DNA of 64,000 bases from Candidatus Poriferihabitans sp. (GCA_965220975.1 OZ244855.1:976967-1040966); one strand, 5' to 3'. Shown: positions 29,733 through 40,283, counted from the stretch's first letter. Translations and numbers: made by a program. Notes: generated by a model from the letters alone, not told the origin.

Positions 29733-32045
29733 TTATTTGTCTGCAAATCTTGGAGAATTAAAAGCAGTTACTGGTGGCGCTGTACCGTCAAACTTCTCAA
29801 TCCTGACTAGACAGCTGTTGGCAATTGGTCCCTGTCCCAAACTGGAGGTGCCTTTATCCGGGGTCAGTACATTTGGATTGCCATGCTTGCAAAGACTGTT
29901 TCTGGCTCCCGGTTCATCAGGATCAAACCAGGCGCCTGTACTCATCAATGCAACTTGATCACGGATAGCGTCATCAATCACCAATCCTGCCAGACATGCT
30001 CCACGCTGGTTGTAGACTTTTACAATATCCTTTGGCTTGAGGTTTCTTTTCGATGCCTCGCGAGAATTAATGGCAACCGGCTCGCGGCCACAGATTTTAT
30101 TTGATCGACTGTATTGCCCATGATCGAGTTGCGAATGCAATTTGGTGGCGGGCTGGTTCGATAAAAGGTGAAGAGAATCTTCATCGGCATTGCCAAGCCA
30201 CTCCAAAGGTTCCAGCCAGACTGGATGGCCTGGACAATCGTCGTATCCAAATTGATCAATGGTTGGACAAAACAGTTCAATCTTTCCGCTTTTGGTTTTG
30301 AGCGGGTTGTTGACAGGATCATCATGGAATGCTCGGAACAGAACAGCTGGTTCCCTGGGTGGAGGGTAGAGTATCCACCCAGCAGACTTGAAATCATGAT
30401 AATCCGGAATATCAATTCCATGAGATTTGGCTTTTTTCTGCGTCTGGTTATAGATAAATTGCAACCATTCCTCTTCACTCCGACCATCTGTAAATTCTTC
30501 TTCCATCCCCATCTTTTTTGCGATCCCCGAGAATATCTTAAAGTCGTTCTTGGCAAGACCTGGCGGATCAATCACTTTTTGCATGTGAATAGCAAAGGGA
30601 TCTCTAGGGGAGAGAGCGATATCATTTCTCTCTAATGTCGTTGTGCAGGGGAGAACAATATCGGAATGTTTGGCCATACTGTTCCAGCACCATTCGTTGA
30701 CAATAATCGTGTCGGGCTTCTGCCAGGCTTTGAGCATCCGATTGATATCCTGATGGTGGTGGAACGGGTTTCCGCCCGCCCAGTAGACAAAATGGATATC
30801 GGGATAGGTTAGGACTTGACCATTGTAGTCAAACTGTTCACCCGGATGCAGCAACATGTCAACAAGTCGGGCTACAGGGATAAAGTCTTTAACTGGATTT
30901 TCTCCTTGCGGCAATGATGCGCCTGGCAACCGTGAACCATGATCGCCAACACTGTTGGTGGCACTGTATCCAAAACCAATGCCGCCACCAGGCTGTCCAA
31001 TCTTTCCAAGCATGGATGCGACGGCAATGCCAGCCCAAAAGGGCTGTTCTCCATGGTCTTGTCGAGTCAGTGACCAGGATAGAGAAATCATGGTTTGGCC
31101 TGCGGACATCTCACGAGCAAGGCTTGTAATTTCGTTTTCTGTCAGACTGCAAATCCTGGAAGCCCATTTCGCATTTTTTACTGTTCCATCTTGTTTTCCA
31201 TTCAAATATGCAATGAATCGCTCATAGCCAATGGTGTACTTCGCAATAAACTCATGGTCAACGCGGTTCTCCAAAAATAGAGTGTGCGCGATACCCAGGA
31301 GTAATGCTGTATCGGTGTTGGGGCGAGGGGCAAGCCATTTGATCCGAGGATCACTGCCTAGATCGGATTGAACAGGGCTGACATTGACGATTTTCAAGCC
31401 ACTGTCAAGTGCTTGTTGCAAATTTTCCTTTTGGGTATGGCGTCCCAAACCGCCAGCATTAATTTGCCCATTTTTCAGCGGAATACCGCCGAAGGCTACT
31501 AACAGATCTGCATTATCAATAATTGAAGGCCAGCTTGTAGCATGCGTCAACATAACATACAGGTTGCCGATGATATGTGGCAGCAAAACTTCACCAGCAG
31601 CAAAACTGTAGGTATCAACGGAACGTACATACCCACCGATACAATTCAAAAACCGGTGAATCTGGCTTTGGGCATGATGAAATCGACCTGCACTCGCCCA
31701 ACCATAGCTACCGGCATAAATGGCATTGTTTCCGTGTTTGCGAATGACCCGATTTAACTCATCTGCAACGATTTGATCTGCTTCATCCCAGGTTACTTGA
31801 ACAAAAGGATCTTTGCCGCGTTGTTCATTAACTGTCCCAGGCCCTTGATCCAGCCAGCTCTTTCGTATCGCTGGTTTCGTGATTCGATTTGGACCATCCA
31901 GAACATCAAGTATTCCGGAACCAATTGGCGAGACGTCTGGATCTTGCTCGAAACCATGCAGGGCTTTAACTCGACCATCCTGTGTTTCGACACGGTAGGT
32001 TCCCCAATGCGATGCCGTCAGTGGTAATGAAGAATAATCTTTCAT
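29733..32045 (-). CDS. Cytoplasmic molybdopterin oxidoreductase, DMSO-reductase family (BisC/TorZ-like S- or N-oxide reductase)
   Basis: 770 aa with no Tat signal. The N-terminus TASHWGTYRV resembles BisC. No N-terminal Cys cluster is present. The size is typical. Confidence 0.7.
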   Translation of the reverse strand: MKDYSSLPLTASHWGTYRVETQDGRVKALHGFEQDPDVSPIGSGILDVLDGPNRITKPAIRKSWLDQGPGTVNEQRGKDPFVQVTWDEADQIVADELNRVIRKHGNNAIYAGSYGWASAGRFHHAQSQIHRFLNCIGGYVRSVDTYSFAAGEVLLPHIIGNLYVMLTHATSWPSIIDNADLLVAFGGIPLKNGQINAGGLGRHTQKENLQQALDSGLKIVNVSPVQSDLGSDPRIKWLAPRPNTDTALLLGIAHTLFLENRVDHEFIAKYTIGYERFIAYLNGKQDGTVKNAKWASRICSLTENEITSLAREMSAGQTMISLSWSLTRQDHGEQPFWAGIAVASMLGKIGQPGGGIGFGYSATNSVGDHGSRLPGASLPQGENPVKDFIPVARLVDMLLHPGEQFDYNGQVLTYPDIHFVYWAGGNPFHHHQDINRMLKAWQKPDTIIVNEWCWNSMAKHSDIVLPCTTTLERNDIALSPRDPFAIHMQKVIDPPGLAKNDFKIFSGIAKKMGMEEEFTDGRSEEEWLQFIYNQTQKKAKSHGIDIPDYHDFKSAGWILYPPPREPAVLFRAFHDDPVNNPLKTKSGKIELFCPTIDQFGYDDCPGHPVWLEPLEWLGNADEDSLHLLSNQPATKLHSQLDHGQYSRSNKICGREPVAINSREASKRNLKPKDIVKVYNQRGACLAGLVIDDAIRDQVALMSTGAWFDPDEPGARNSLCKHGNPNVLTPDKGTSSLGQGPIANSCLVRIEKFDGTAPPVTAFNSPRFADK

Positions 32046-32069
32046 CAGAATATTGTATGCCTGGATGGC

Positions 32070-32669
32070 TTAATGCCTGGCATCGATGATATAGGAAAGA
32101 TCATTGTTATCAAGTGTCAAATAATAGGGTTGTCCTGTCTTGGCATCGAACTCTGTGCGTTCTCCCTGAATATCGAATGACTTTCCGTAGAAGTGCAGGT
32201 GTAGCAGTGGACAATTTCCGGAAGATTGAATCGCATGTATACCACCCGGCAGTAATGATACGGCGGTACCGGGCTTGACGGCGATATCGGTTATCCATTT
32301 TGCAGTGGATGAATAGCTGGTTTGCCGATAAAGGCTATGGATTTCCGTGCCTTCAATGGCTGCCACGATTGCCCAGGAATTGCCATGGTTATGTGGGCGA
32401 TAAGATTGTCCTGGTAATGCGGAGTAGACATATAGAGAATATTCCTGAATCGGATCTTCGTATATGTGAAAGAACAATTCCTTGCTTCCGGCTGATGGAA
32501 TGGGGAAGTCTTCTCTTGGGAACAACCCCCGTTGTTCGCAGAGTTTCATCAGCTCCTTTTTCGCAAGTTCGATTGAAGCGATGTTTATTCCCTCATTCAG
32601 ATAATGTCGAACCCGGTCAACCATGACAACGATCGCTCGCTTTCTCTGCTCTTTGATTGATGTTTTCAA
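32070..32669 (-). CDS. Cupin-fold metalloenzyme, cysteine-dioxygenase-like (COG5553-type)
   Basis: 199 aa (TTG start in the track; an alternative Met gives 32624). Motifs: PGQSYRPHNHGNSWAIV and GGIHAIQ, candidate metal-binding His residues. Its stop lies 25 nt upstream of the Mo-enzyme start. Confidence 0.5.
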   Translation of the reverse strand: MKTSIKEQRKRAIVVMVDRVRHYLNEGINIASIELAKKELMKLCEQRGLFPREDFPIPSAGSKELFFHIYEDPIQEYSLYVYSALPGQSYRPHNHGNSWAIVAAIEGTEIHSLYRQTSYSSTAKWITDIAVKPGTAVSLLPGGIHAIQSSGNCPLLHLHFYGKSFDIQGERTEFDAKTGQPYYLTLDNNDLSYIIDARH

Positions 32670-32834
32670 GCGGGCTCCTTAACAGGCAGTGATGTTAATG
32701 TGGCTCTAGAACGCCACAGAATATTCTTACAACAATTATAATTCGATATTCAGGGTAATTCAGGCTTTGCCAAATATCAACCCAGTCATTCATTGTGATC
32801 CAATGAACCTGATCCAATCCGGACTTTATTTTCC

Positions 32835-33872
32835 ATGAAATTCCAGATCGCAATCAATCTTGAACGAGTAGACGACAGTTACGACATGTCATCGGTTGTC
32901 CAACACACTTTGGATATGGTGCGGATTGCCGACCAAGGTGGTTTTGGCTTGATCTGGTCAGCAGAACATCATGCTCTTGAGATGACAATAGCTCCCAATC
33001 CATTTCAGATTCTGACTTGGTGGGCTCCGCATGTTAAACACGCCCGTTTAGGCACGGCTGTTGCCGTAGCACCTTATTGGCATCCAATCAATCTGGCGGG
33101 GGAGGCGGCATTTACCGATTTGATAACGGGCGGTCGACTTGATTTCGGGATTGGATCGGGAGCCTATCAGAGAGAATTTGATCGCATGAAGCCCGGATTA
33201 AAGCAAACTGATGGCTACCGTTATGTACAGGAAATGTTGCCAGTTTTGAGAGAATTGTGGAAAGGAGACTATGAGCATCAGGGCGAGTTCTGGTCATTCC
33301 CTTTATCAACATCAGTACCGAAACCTCTGCAAAAACCGCATCCCCCGATATGGGTTGCAGCCCGTGCTCCGGTTTCCTTTGATTATGCCGTAGAGCAGGG
33401 ATGCAATATTATTTCTTGGCCACTAACACGTCCATTCTCTGAAGCAGAGCTCTACAAACAGCACTATGAAGAAGCTCTTGCTTCCCATCCAGATTGCAAA
33501 GCTCCGATCCTAGCAGTGATGAGACACGCATCGGTCTATGTCTCCGAATCGGAACGAAGGCGGGTCATTGACTCAATTACTCGTGTCCTGGGGCAATTTG
33601 AGAATGTTTTTCGAAACCTGGGGAGAGTCGTAAATGGATTCCCGGAACAGGTTTCTCTAGAGGAGCTGTCAGAGCGTGAGCAATATGATGAAAACTACCT
33701 GGAAGAGAACCTGCTTTTTGGCTCGCCCAAACAGGTCGTTGAGAAACTGGAGCGTTATCAGGAATTGGGCGTTGATGAGTTCATCTACTATGCGAGCATG
33801 GGTTTGGATCATCGCCAGCAAATACTTTCGCTCGAAAGGTTTTGCGAACAAGTGATGCCTGAATTCACATGA
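32835..33872 (+). CDS. Luciferase-like (LLM-class) flavin-dependent oxidoreductase
   Basis: 345 aa. Motifs: FGLIWSAEHH, RLDFGIGSGAY. TIM-barrel LLM pattern. Confidence 0.65.
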   Translation: MKFQIAINLERVDDSYDMSSVVQHTLDMVRIADQGGFGLIWSAEHHALEMTIAPNPFQILTWWAPHVKHARLGTAVAVAPYWHPINLAGEAAFTDLITGGRLDFGIGSGAYQREFDRMKPGLKQTDGYRYVQEMLPVLRELWKGDYEHQGEFWSFPLSTSVPKPLQKPHPPIWVAARAPVSFDYAVEQGCNIISWPLTRPFSEAELYKQHYEEALASHPDCKAPILAVMRHASVYVSESERRRVIDSITRVLGQFENVFRNLGRVVNGFPEQVSLEELSEREQYDENYLEENLLFGSPKQVVEKLERYQELGVDEFIYYASMGLDHRQQILSLERFCEQVMPEFT

Positions 33873-34118
33873 ATCAGTAGTTTTAGGGATGCAAAAGACA
33901 AGTGGCATGTCGCTGGATTCTCTTCCAGATAACTACCTAAGATTTTTTGTTCAATGTCCCGCATTCAACTATGAAGTGGGATTTCATCAAAAGCCTCTCT
34001 GATACATCAGAATTATCGGATAAGTCAGGGTGATTTATAAAATATACGCCAGAAATTCCCCTTCCTTCCTGTCGAAAGTGATTACTATGAATCGAAGCCA
34101 CTGTTTGTATCATAATCC

Positions 34119-34982
34119 TCAAGGCTCCAGGTAGCGTTCTATCAAGTCTAAATAGCGGTGTTTATCGGTGATCTTGTCCATCAGTGATTGATCAGGCAAT
34201 CCAGGCAAATCTTGCGGGATTACACCTTCATGAAGCAATTTGAGGGACGCATAAACAGCCTGTATCGCGGCCTGAATTGGCTGGTGACCTTGAATAAAGA
34301 ACCGGACTCCATGCTCCGCAAGAAAATCAGAATCGGCAAGTTCCGGCCCAGCTCCACCCAGCATTATCGGCAATTTTGCAATTTCTCGAATTGCCTTCAA
34401 CTGATCACGGGTTTTGACGCCAACCAGAAACAATGCGTCGACCCCAGTTTCCTGATAGATCTTGACTCGCTTCAAGGCATCATCCAGTGAACCGACTCTG
34501 AGCGCATTGGTTCTGGCTGCAATCAGGAGTGATGCATCTCTCCTAGCCTCGACTGCAGCCTGCATTTTGCCGGCTCCTTCTTCAACGGATAACAATGCAG
34601 CGCTTTTGCCAGAATCGAATGGACGCGGCAGATTGGCATCTTCAATCGAAAGACCTGAAGCACCGGAATTCTCAAGTTCCTGAATCGTTCTTCGAACATT
34701 CAGTGCATTGCCGTAGCCATGATCCGCATCCACCATCAGCGGCAGATTGCTGGCACGGCATATGCGCCGGGACAGATCGGATAACTCACTGAGTGTAAGC
34801 AATATGTGATCAGGGTCTCCAAGTACGGCGAGTGAGGCAGTCGAACCAGCCAGCATTAGAGTCTCAAAGCCGAGATCCTCGGCGATTCTGGCCGATATCG
34901 GATCGTTTACCGAAGCTGGAAAAATGCATCGGCCATGCTGAAACAAGTCTCTTAGTCTCGGTTGTTGCAAGTTATGGTTCAT
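34119..34982 (-). CDS. Isocitrate-lyase/PEP-mutase-superfamily enzyme (methylisocitrate-lyase / oxaloacetate-decarboxylase-like)
   Basis: 287 aa. Motifs: PLMVDADHGYGNALN, GLSIEDA, LIAARTNA. Confidence 0.65.
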   Translation of the reverse strand: MNHNLQQPRLRDLFQHGRCIFPASVNDPISARIAEDLGFETLMLAGSTASLAVLGDPDHILLTLSELSDLSRRICRASNLPLMVDADHGYGNALNVRRTIQELENSGASGLSIEDANLPRPFDSGKSAALLSVEEGAGKMQAAVEARRDASLLIAARTNALRVGSLDDALKRVKIYQETGVDALFLVGVKTRDQLKAIREIAKLPIMLGGAGPELADSDFLAEHGVRFFIQGHQPIQAAIQAVYASLKLLHEGVIPQDLPGLPDQSLMDKITDKHRYLDLIERYLEP

Positions 34983-35024
34983 GTTGATGATCTGGCATGG
35001 GTTAGCCAGTTACTCGCTGAAAAT

Positions 35025-36320
35025 TTACTTTCCCGGGATCAGGCCTTTCGGTGCAAAGCGCATGACTGCCAGCAAAATAGCACCCATGAGGATCAAGCGG
35101 GTTTGCGCGGCATTTCCAATCAGGTGTTCTTTCAACCAGTAGCCGTCCTCGAACGGAAACGTGACTACCTCAACCAGGGCATATCCAAGAGGTTCCGCCT
35201 GAATCCAAATGAACCAGATAATACAGCCACCGAGTACCGATCCCCAGTTATTGCCTGAACCACCCAAGATGACCATGACCCATATCAGGAAAGTATAACG
35301 CAAAGGTGAATAGCCGCCTGGCACCAGTTGACCATCCAGAGTCACCAGCATTGCGCCTGCAATACCGCAAACCGCACAGCCGAGCACGAATGTTTGAAGA
35401 TGGCGGCCAGTGACATCCTTGCCCATTGCGCTTGCTGCATCCCGGTTGTCTCGGATGGCGCGCATCATTCTTCCCCAGGGAGATTTGAGCGCTCGTTCGG
35501 AGAGCCACATCAGAATGGCGAGCACACCCAGAAACAATGCGAAATAGCAGAACTTGACCAGCAACGAAGCCATGGCAACCGGATTTGCATCAAAGCTCTC
35601 TGCAAGATTCACAAACCATGGTGTTTCAATCAGGTTTATTTCATAGGGCACTGGTCGGGGGAGTCCGGTCACATTTTTAACTCCTCGTGTCAGCCACTCT
35701 TCATACTTGATGACGGCGATGATTATTTCGGAGATGCCTAAAGTCGCGATAGCAAGGTAATCGGCCCGAAGCCCCAGTGAAATTCTGCCGATTAGCCAGG
35801 CACCTCCGGCGGCCACCAGTCCTCCAATCAACCATGAAATGATGATTGGCAATCCCAGCCCCCCCAAGTACCCTGTCAAGGCTGGATCAATGGTTTCGAT
35901 CTGCTCTACAGCTGGAAAATAAAGACCCTGAAACAGCCAATATCCAAGCAAGCTGACCGTTATGATGCACCATGCACGAAGAGGTGGCTTTATCCTGTTT
36001 CGGATATGCAGGATCGCAACAATGGTGATTCCCAGAATTGCCAGGCCTCCCAGAATGCCTAGACCTCCAGAGGTCCAGGCTTCACTGACCGGCTTGGCCG
36101 AAACCAGAACAGCACTCAACCCGCCCAAAGCAACAAACCCCATGATTCCCGCGTTAAATAGGCCGGCGTATCCCCATTGGATATTGACCCCTAGTGCCAT
36201 GATTGCGGAAATTAGGCACATATTCAAAATACCGAATGCAACATTCCAGCTCTGCAACCATCCGACTCCAATCAGGAAAATCAGGAATGTTGCAAAATAA
36301 AGAAAACCCTTCTGCCTCAC
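35025..36320 (-). CDS. livM: Branched-chain-amino-acid-type ABC transporter permease (LivM-like)
   Basis: The ORF track extends to 36440. The probable start is a GTG at 36320, forming a GTGA overlap with the upstream livH stop. Polytopic, with WGYAGLFNAG and GSGNNWGSVLGG motifs. Confidence 0.75.
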   Translation of the reverse strand: MRQKGFLYFATFLIFLIGVGWLQSWNVAFGILNMCLISAIMALGVNIQWGYAGLFNAGIMGFVALGGLSAVLVSAKPVSEAWTSGGLGILGGLAILGITIVAILHIRNRIKPPLRAWCIITVSLLGYWLFQGLYFPAVEQIETIDPALTGYLGGLGLPIIISWLIGGLVAAGGAWLIGRISLGLRADYLAIATLGISEIIIAVIKYEEWLTRGVKNVTGLPRPVPYEINLIETPWFVNLAESFDANPVAMASLLVKFCYFALFLGVLAILMWLSERALKSPWGRMMRAIRDNRDAASAMGKDVTGRHLQTFVLGCAVCGIAGAMLVTLDGQLVPGGYSPLRYTFLIWVMVILGGSGNNWGSVLGGCIIWFIWIQAEPLGYALVEVVTFPFEDGYWLKEHLIGNAAQTRLILMGAILLAVMRFAPKGLIPGK

Positions 36321-37330
36321 AACACTTTTCCACGGATGATCCCGGTTGGGCGAATCAACAGCACAACAACCAGAATAATGAATGAAACAGCGAATTTGTA
36401 ATCGGTTGACAATAATTGCAGCAACCCTTCCGGTACCCAATTGCCAGGAGCGAGATAAGTTACGAATTTCTTGTAGGCATAGGTCAGCAAAACCTCGGAA
36501 TACGCGATCACAAATCCCCCCAGAATAGCCCCAAGGGGTTGTCCGATTCCACCAACAATTGCTGAAGCAAAAATCGGTAGCAGTAATTGCATAAATACAA
36601 AAGGCTTGTAGGATTTATCCAGTCCATAAAGTGTTCCGCTTAGAGTCGCCAGAATGGCCGCCAGTATCCATGCGATAGCAACAATTCGATCGGGATTGAT
36701 ACCTGAAAGCAGAGCCAGGTCTTCATTATCCGAAAATGCCCGCATCGCCTTCCCAGAGCGGGTTCGATAGAGAAACCAGAACAGAACCCCGGCCATTGAT
36801 ACTGCAACAGCGATGGTGATGACCTGAGTGGTCTTGATAGACAGACCTTCATCCAATCCGGTCATGCGTTTGAATTCTGCAGCCTTGATCAGGAACCGTT
36901 GACCATCAGCCATAACTTGCTCATCAGGACCAATCAGGAACCGGATCAGTCCCGCCATCACAAACATCACACCAACCGACACAATTGCAAAAGTGATCGA
37001 ACTTGCTCGCTGTATACGATAGAACCGATAGACTATTTTTTCGGTAGCGAGAGCCATTGCCATTGCGCCAAGCATCCCGACCGGCAGAGCTAGAAGAGCA
37101 GTTGGCAGAGGTCCTGCATGTATCCCGACAGATTGCAAATACCAGGTCAGAAACAAGGTCAGCATTGCTCCCCAGGACATCAATTCGCTATGTGCAAAAT
37201 TTGCAAAACGAAGGATGCTGTAAATGACTGTAATTCCTAATGCCCCCAATGCAAGTTGCGCCCCATAAGTTGTGGCAGGAACAAGTACAAAATTGCAAAA
37301 CAGCACAAAGCCATTCAGGAAATCCATCAT
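36317..37330 (-). CDS. livH: Branched-chain-amino-acid-type ABC transporter permease (LivH-like)
   Basis: 337 aa, polytopic. Its ATG overlaps the upstream ATPase stop. Confidence 0.75.
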   Translation of the reverse strand: MMDFLNGFVLFCNFVLVPATTYGAQLALGALGITVIYSILRFANFAHSELMSWGAMLTLFLTWYLQSVGIHAGPLPTALLALPVGMLGAMAMALATEKIVYRFYRIQRASSITFAIVSVGVMFVMAGLIRFLIGPDEQVMADGQRFLIKAAEFKRMTGLDEGLSIKTTQVITIAVAVSMAGVLFWFLYRTRSGKAMRAFSDNEDLALLSGINPDRIVAIAWILAAILATLSGTLYGLDKSYKPFVFMQLLLPIFASAIVGGIGQPLGAILGGFVIAYSEVLLTYAYKKFVTYLAPGNWVPEGLLQLLSTDYKFAVSFIILVVVLLIRPTGIIRGKVL

Positions 37331-38034
37331 CCACCCAAAAATGAACGTTGGACTTCAGGGTTGGCCAATAGGACCTTGCCCTGATCGGTGAAGCGATTCT
37401 TGCCCTGTACCAACACGAACCCACGATCAGCAATTGCAAGTGCCTGCCGGGCATTCTGTTCAACCATAAGTACGGCAATACCGCCAGACGTGATATCCTG
37501 AATACACTGGAACAGATCCTGCATGACAATCGGTGCTACCCCGGCAGTTGGCTCATCAAGCATCAATAGCTTCGGTTCTGTCATCAGAGCTCGACCAATG
37601 GCCACTTGCTGACGTTGACCCCCGGAGAGTTCACCGGCCACCTGCTTGCGTTTGTCCTTGAGAACGGGAAACAACTCAAAGACTTGAGCCATGGTCTTGG
37701 AGATGCCGTTTGTACGAATGAACGCACCCATCTCAAGATTCTCCTCAACACTCATTGAGGGAAAGACATTATTATTTTGAGGAACAAATGCCATTCCTTC
37801 CAGCACACGATCAGATGGGGACAGGGCGGTAATATCACGAGTATTGAATAGCACTTTCCCTTTACGCAGTTGAATCATTCCGAAAATGCCCTTCATAGCC
37901 GTGGATTTACCTGCGCCGTTGGGTCCGACCACAACTGCAATTTCACCGGCTTCAACACGAAGATCACAATCATGAATAATGTCAGGGCCTGTACCATACC
38001 CGCCACTCATGCCGGTTGCTTCAAGAAAACTCAT
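37327..38034 (-). CDS. livF: ABC transporter ATP-binding protein (LivF-like)
   Basis: 235 aa. Motifs: GPNGAGKST, LSGGQRQQV, LLMLDEPT. Confidence 0.8.
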   Translation of the reverse strand: MSFLEATGMSGGYGTGPDIIHDCDLRVEAGEIAVVVGPNGAGKSTAMKGIFGMIQLRKGKVLFNTRDITALSPSDRVLEGMAFVPQNNNVFPSMSVEENLEMGAFIRTNGISKTMAQVFELFPVLKDKRKQVAGELSGGQRQQVAIGRALMTEPKLLMLDEPTAGVAPIVMQDLFQCIQDITSGGIAVLMVEQNARQALAIADRGFVLVQGKNRFTDQGKVLLANPEVQRSFLGG

Positions 38035-38813
38035 CCCTGCAAATTTGGTTGAACGGTAGTTTTTCGGCCGAGATAGGACTCAATCACTTCGCGATTGGCC
38101 TTGATTTCTTGAGCACTACCTTGCGTGAGTATTTTTCCTTCTGCCATCACGATGACCGGGTGACACATTCGGGTAATGAAGTCGATATCATGCTCAATCA
38201 TGCAGAACGTGTAACCATGCTCTTGATTTAACTCTTGAATTGAATCACCGATGGTTTTCAGGAGGGTTCGATTTACACCAGCGCCAACTTCATCCAGAAA
38301 TACGATTTTGGCTTCGGTCATCATTGTTCGTCCAAGTTCAAGAAGCTTCTTTTGTCCGCCTGACAGATTGCCAGCAAGTTCATTTTCAAGATGGGATATT
38401 TTGAGGAACTCCAGGACTTCTTGAGCTCGTTCCCGAATTCGCTCCTCGGATTGTCGGATTTGTCCAGGTTTGAACCACACATTGAGTAGTTGTTCGCCGG
38501 GTTGTTCCCCCGGCACGACCATCAAATTTTCCAGTACGGTCAAAGAGGAAAACTCGTGGGCAACCTGAAATGTTCGGACTAGCCCACGGGCAAATAACTG
38601 ATGAGGCAGAAGTCCGGTTATCTCTTCCTGATCCAGAAAGATATGCCCAGAGGTTGGGGGATATGCACCCGCGATAGCATTAAACAGGCTAGTTTTTCCC
38701 GCCCCGTTAGGGCCAATCAAACCGGTTATGGTGCTCGGTTCGATGGTAAGGGAGACCCCGTCAACAGCCCTGATCCCGCCAAAGTGCAGATGAAGGTTGT
38801 CAACCGAGAGCAT
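38031..38813 (-). CDS. livG: ABC transporter ATP-binding protein (LivG-like)
   Basis: 260 aa. Motifs: GPNGAGKTS, LSGGQKKLLE, IVFLDEVGAG. Confidence 0.8.
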   Translation of the reverse strand: MLSVDNLHLHFGGIRAVDGVSLTIEPSTITGLIGPNGAGKTSLFNAIAGAYPPTSGHIFLDQEEITGLLPHQLFARGLVRTFQVAHEFSSLTVLENLMVVPGEQPGEQLLNVWFKPGQIRQSEERIRERAQEVLEFLKISHLENELAGNLSGGQKKLLELGRTMMTEAKIVFLDEVGAGVNRTLLKTIGDSIQELNQEHGYTFCMIEHDIDFITRMCHPVIVMAEGKILTQGSAQEIKANREVIESYLGRKTTVQPNLQG

Positions 38814-38824
38814 CGTCTACCCGC

Positions 38825-38863
38825 AAATAAAAAGGCGACTGGGTTGATTCGACCCAGTCGCCT
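38825..38863 (-). terminator. Rho-independent terminator/attenuator between the binding-protein gene and livG
   Basis: The minus strand reads GGCGACTGGGTC-gaatca-ACCCAGTCGCC followed by TTTTTATTT. It lies 20 nt downstream of the SBP stop. Confidence 0.7.
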
Positions 38864-38883
38864 TGATTCAAGCAATCACGGAA

Positions 38884-40065
38884 TTAATGATTTGCGACTT
38901 GTTCAAATTTGCCGTTTTTGACTTCCATTTCGAAATAAGAACCAGCCGATTCACCCTGCCCAATCAACTCGACAGCAGTCGCGCCGACATAGTCGATTTC
39001 TCCCCCATCGGTGAGAATCATTAGTGCCTTGGACAGTTGCCCGGGATAAATTTTCTCGCCCGGAGCGTTGGCGACTTTTTCTACATGAGCTTTGAAATCA
39101 GCACTTTTGGTTGAGCCAGCTGATTGCATTGCCAGCAAAATCAAAGCGGATGCATCATAGGATTCAGGCGCATAGGGGCCAGAGGCGTTAAAACTGGATC
39201 CGGCAAGATCCGATAACATGGCAGCTCCAGGACTGTCTGTTCCGGGACGAGTACCAAACGAGCCATTTATATCCGTACCAAAGGCTTCGGTCAGTGAATC
39301 ACCAATCATGCCGTCAGGAAGCATGAATACATCGAAAGCAGCATTATCCAATGATGCCTGAATAATGCCTTTACCTCCTTGATCCAGATAACCGATGACA
39401 ACCAGAACTTCACCTCCAGCTGAAGCGAGTGTTGCAACCTCGGCCGAATAATCAGCCTTGCCATCTTCATGCGATACAACAGTGGTGATCTCGCCACCTG
39501 CTTCACTGTAAGCAGATTGAAAACTGTCCGCCAATCCTTTGCCATAATCGTTATTGGTATGGGTTACGGCAACAGACTTGATACCACGGTTACCAAGAAT
39601 ATTTGCCATTACCTGACCTTGTCTGGCATCCGAAGGAGCAGTTCGGAAAAATAGACCGTTGTCTTCGACAGTAGACAGCGCCGGACTGGTTGCCGAGGGT
39701 GAAATCATGACTATGCCGTTTGGCAGGGCAACATTATTCAAGACTGCTGTGGTTACTCCAGAGCAGTTCGCCCCGTTAATTGCTGCCACACCATCTGAAG
39801 TTATCAGACGCTCAGCAGCTGCGGTAGCGGCGGCGGCATCAACGCAGGTACTGTCACCTCGAACTGCCACTACTGAATGCCCGCCAAGAAACATGCCGCT
39901 TGCTGATACTTCGCTTATCGCAAGCTCACCACCTGCAGCAATGTCCGGTGCCAAAGACTCAATTGGGCCTGTGAAACCCATCAAAACCCCAATTTTGACG
40001 TCATCAGCCACCACAATGCCGCCTGACAGTGCGATACCAATAACAGTAGAAATAAGTTTTTTCAT
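38884..40065 (-). CDS. Periplasmic substrate-binding protein, LivK/amide-urea type I PBP
   Basis: Likely start is MKKLISTVIGIALSGGIVVA (signal peptide). VKIGVLMGFTGPIESL is typical of the Leu/Ile/Val-binding family. Confidence 0.75.
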   Translation of the reverse strand: MKKLISTVIGIALSGGIVVADDVKIGVLMGFTGPIESLAPDIAAGGELAISEVSASGMFLGGHSVVAVRGDSTCVDAAAATAAAERLITSDGVAAINGANCSGVTTAVLNNVALPNGIVMISPSATSPALSTVEDNGLFFRTAPSDARQGQVMANILGNRGIKSVAVTHTNNDYGKGLADSFQSAYSEAGGEITTVVSHEDGKADYSAEVATLASAGGEVLVVIGYLDQGGKGIIQASLDNAAFDVFMLPDGMIGDSLTEAFGTDINGSFGTRPGTDSPGAAMLSDLAGSSFNASGPYAPESYDASALILLAMQSAGSTKSADFKAHVEKVANAPGEKIYPGQLSKALMILTDGGEIDYVGATAVELIGQGESAGSYFEMEVKNGKFEQVANH

Positions 40066-40283
40066 CGTGAAATATACCCTCAAAAAAATTAATAAGTTAA
40101 CGAACAGTAAAGCAAGTGCCTTGTTTTGCTGCTACAGTTATGATCGATAAACGGTTTTCGATGTCATGAGTCAATCAGGGATGGACAGAACAAGGAACTC
40201 TTGCTCATGTTCAGCTCGATACTGCAATTTCAAGGTCGAAAAAATGGTCCTTGTTTTATCCTTCTGTCGTTAAGTTGCATATC

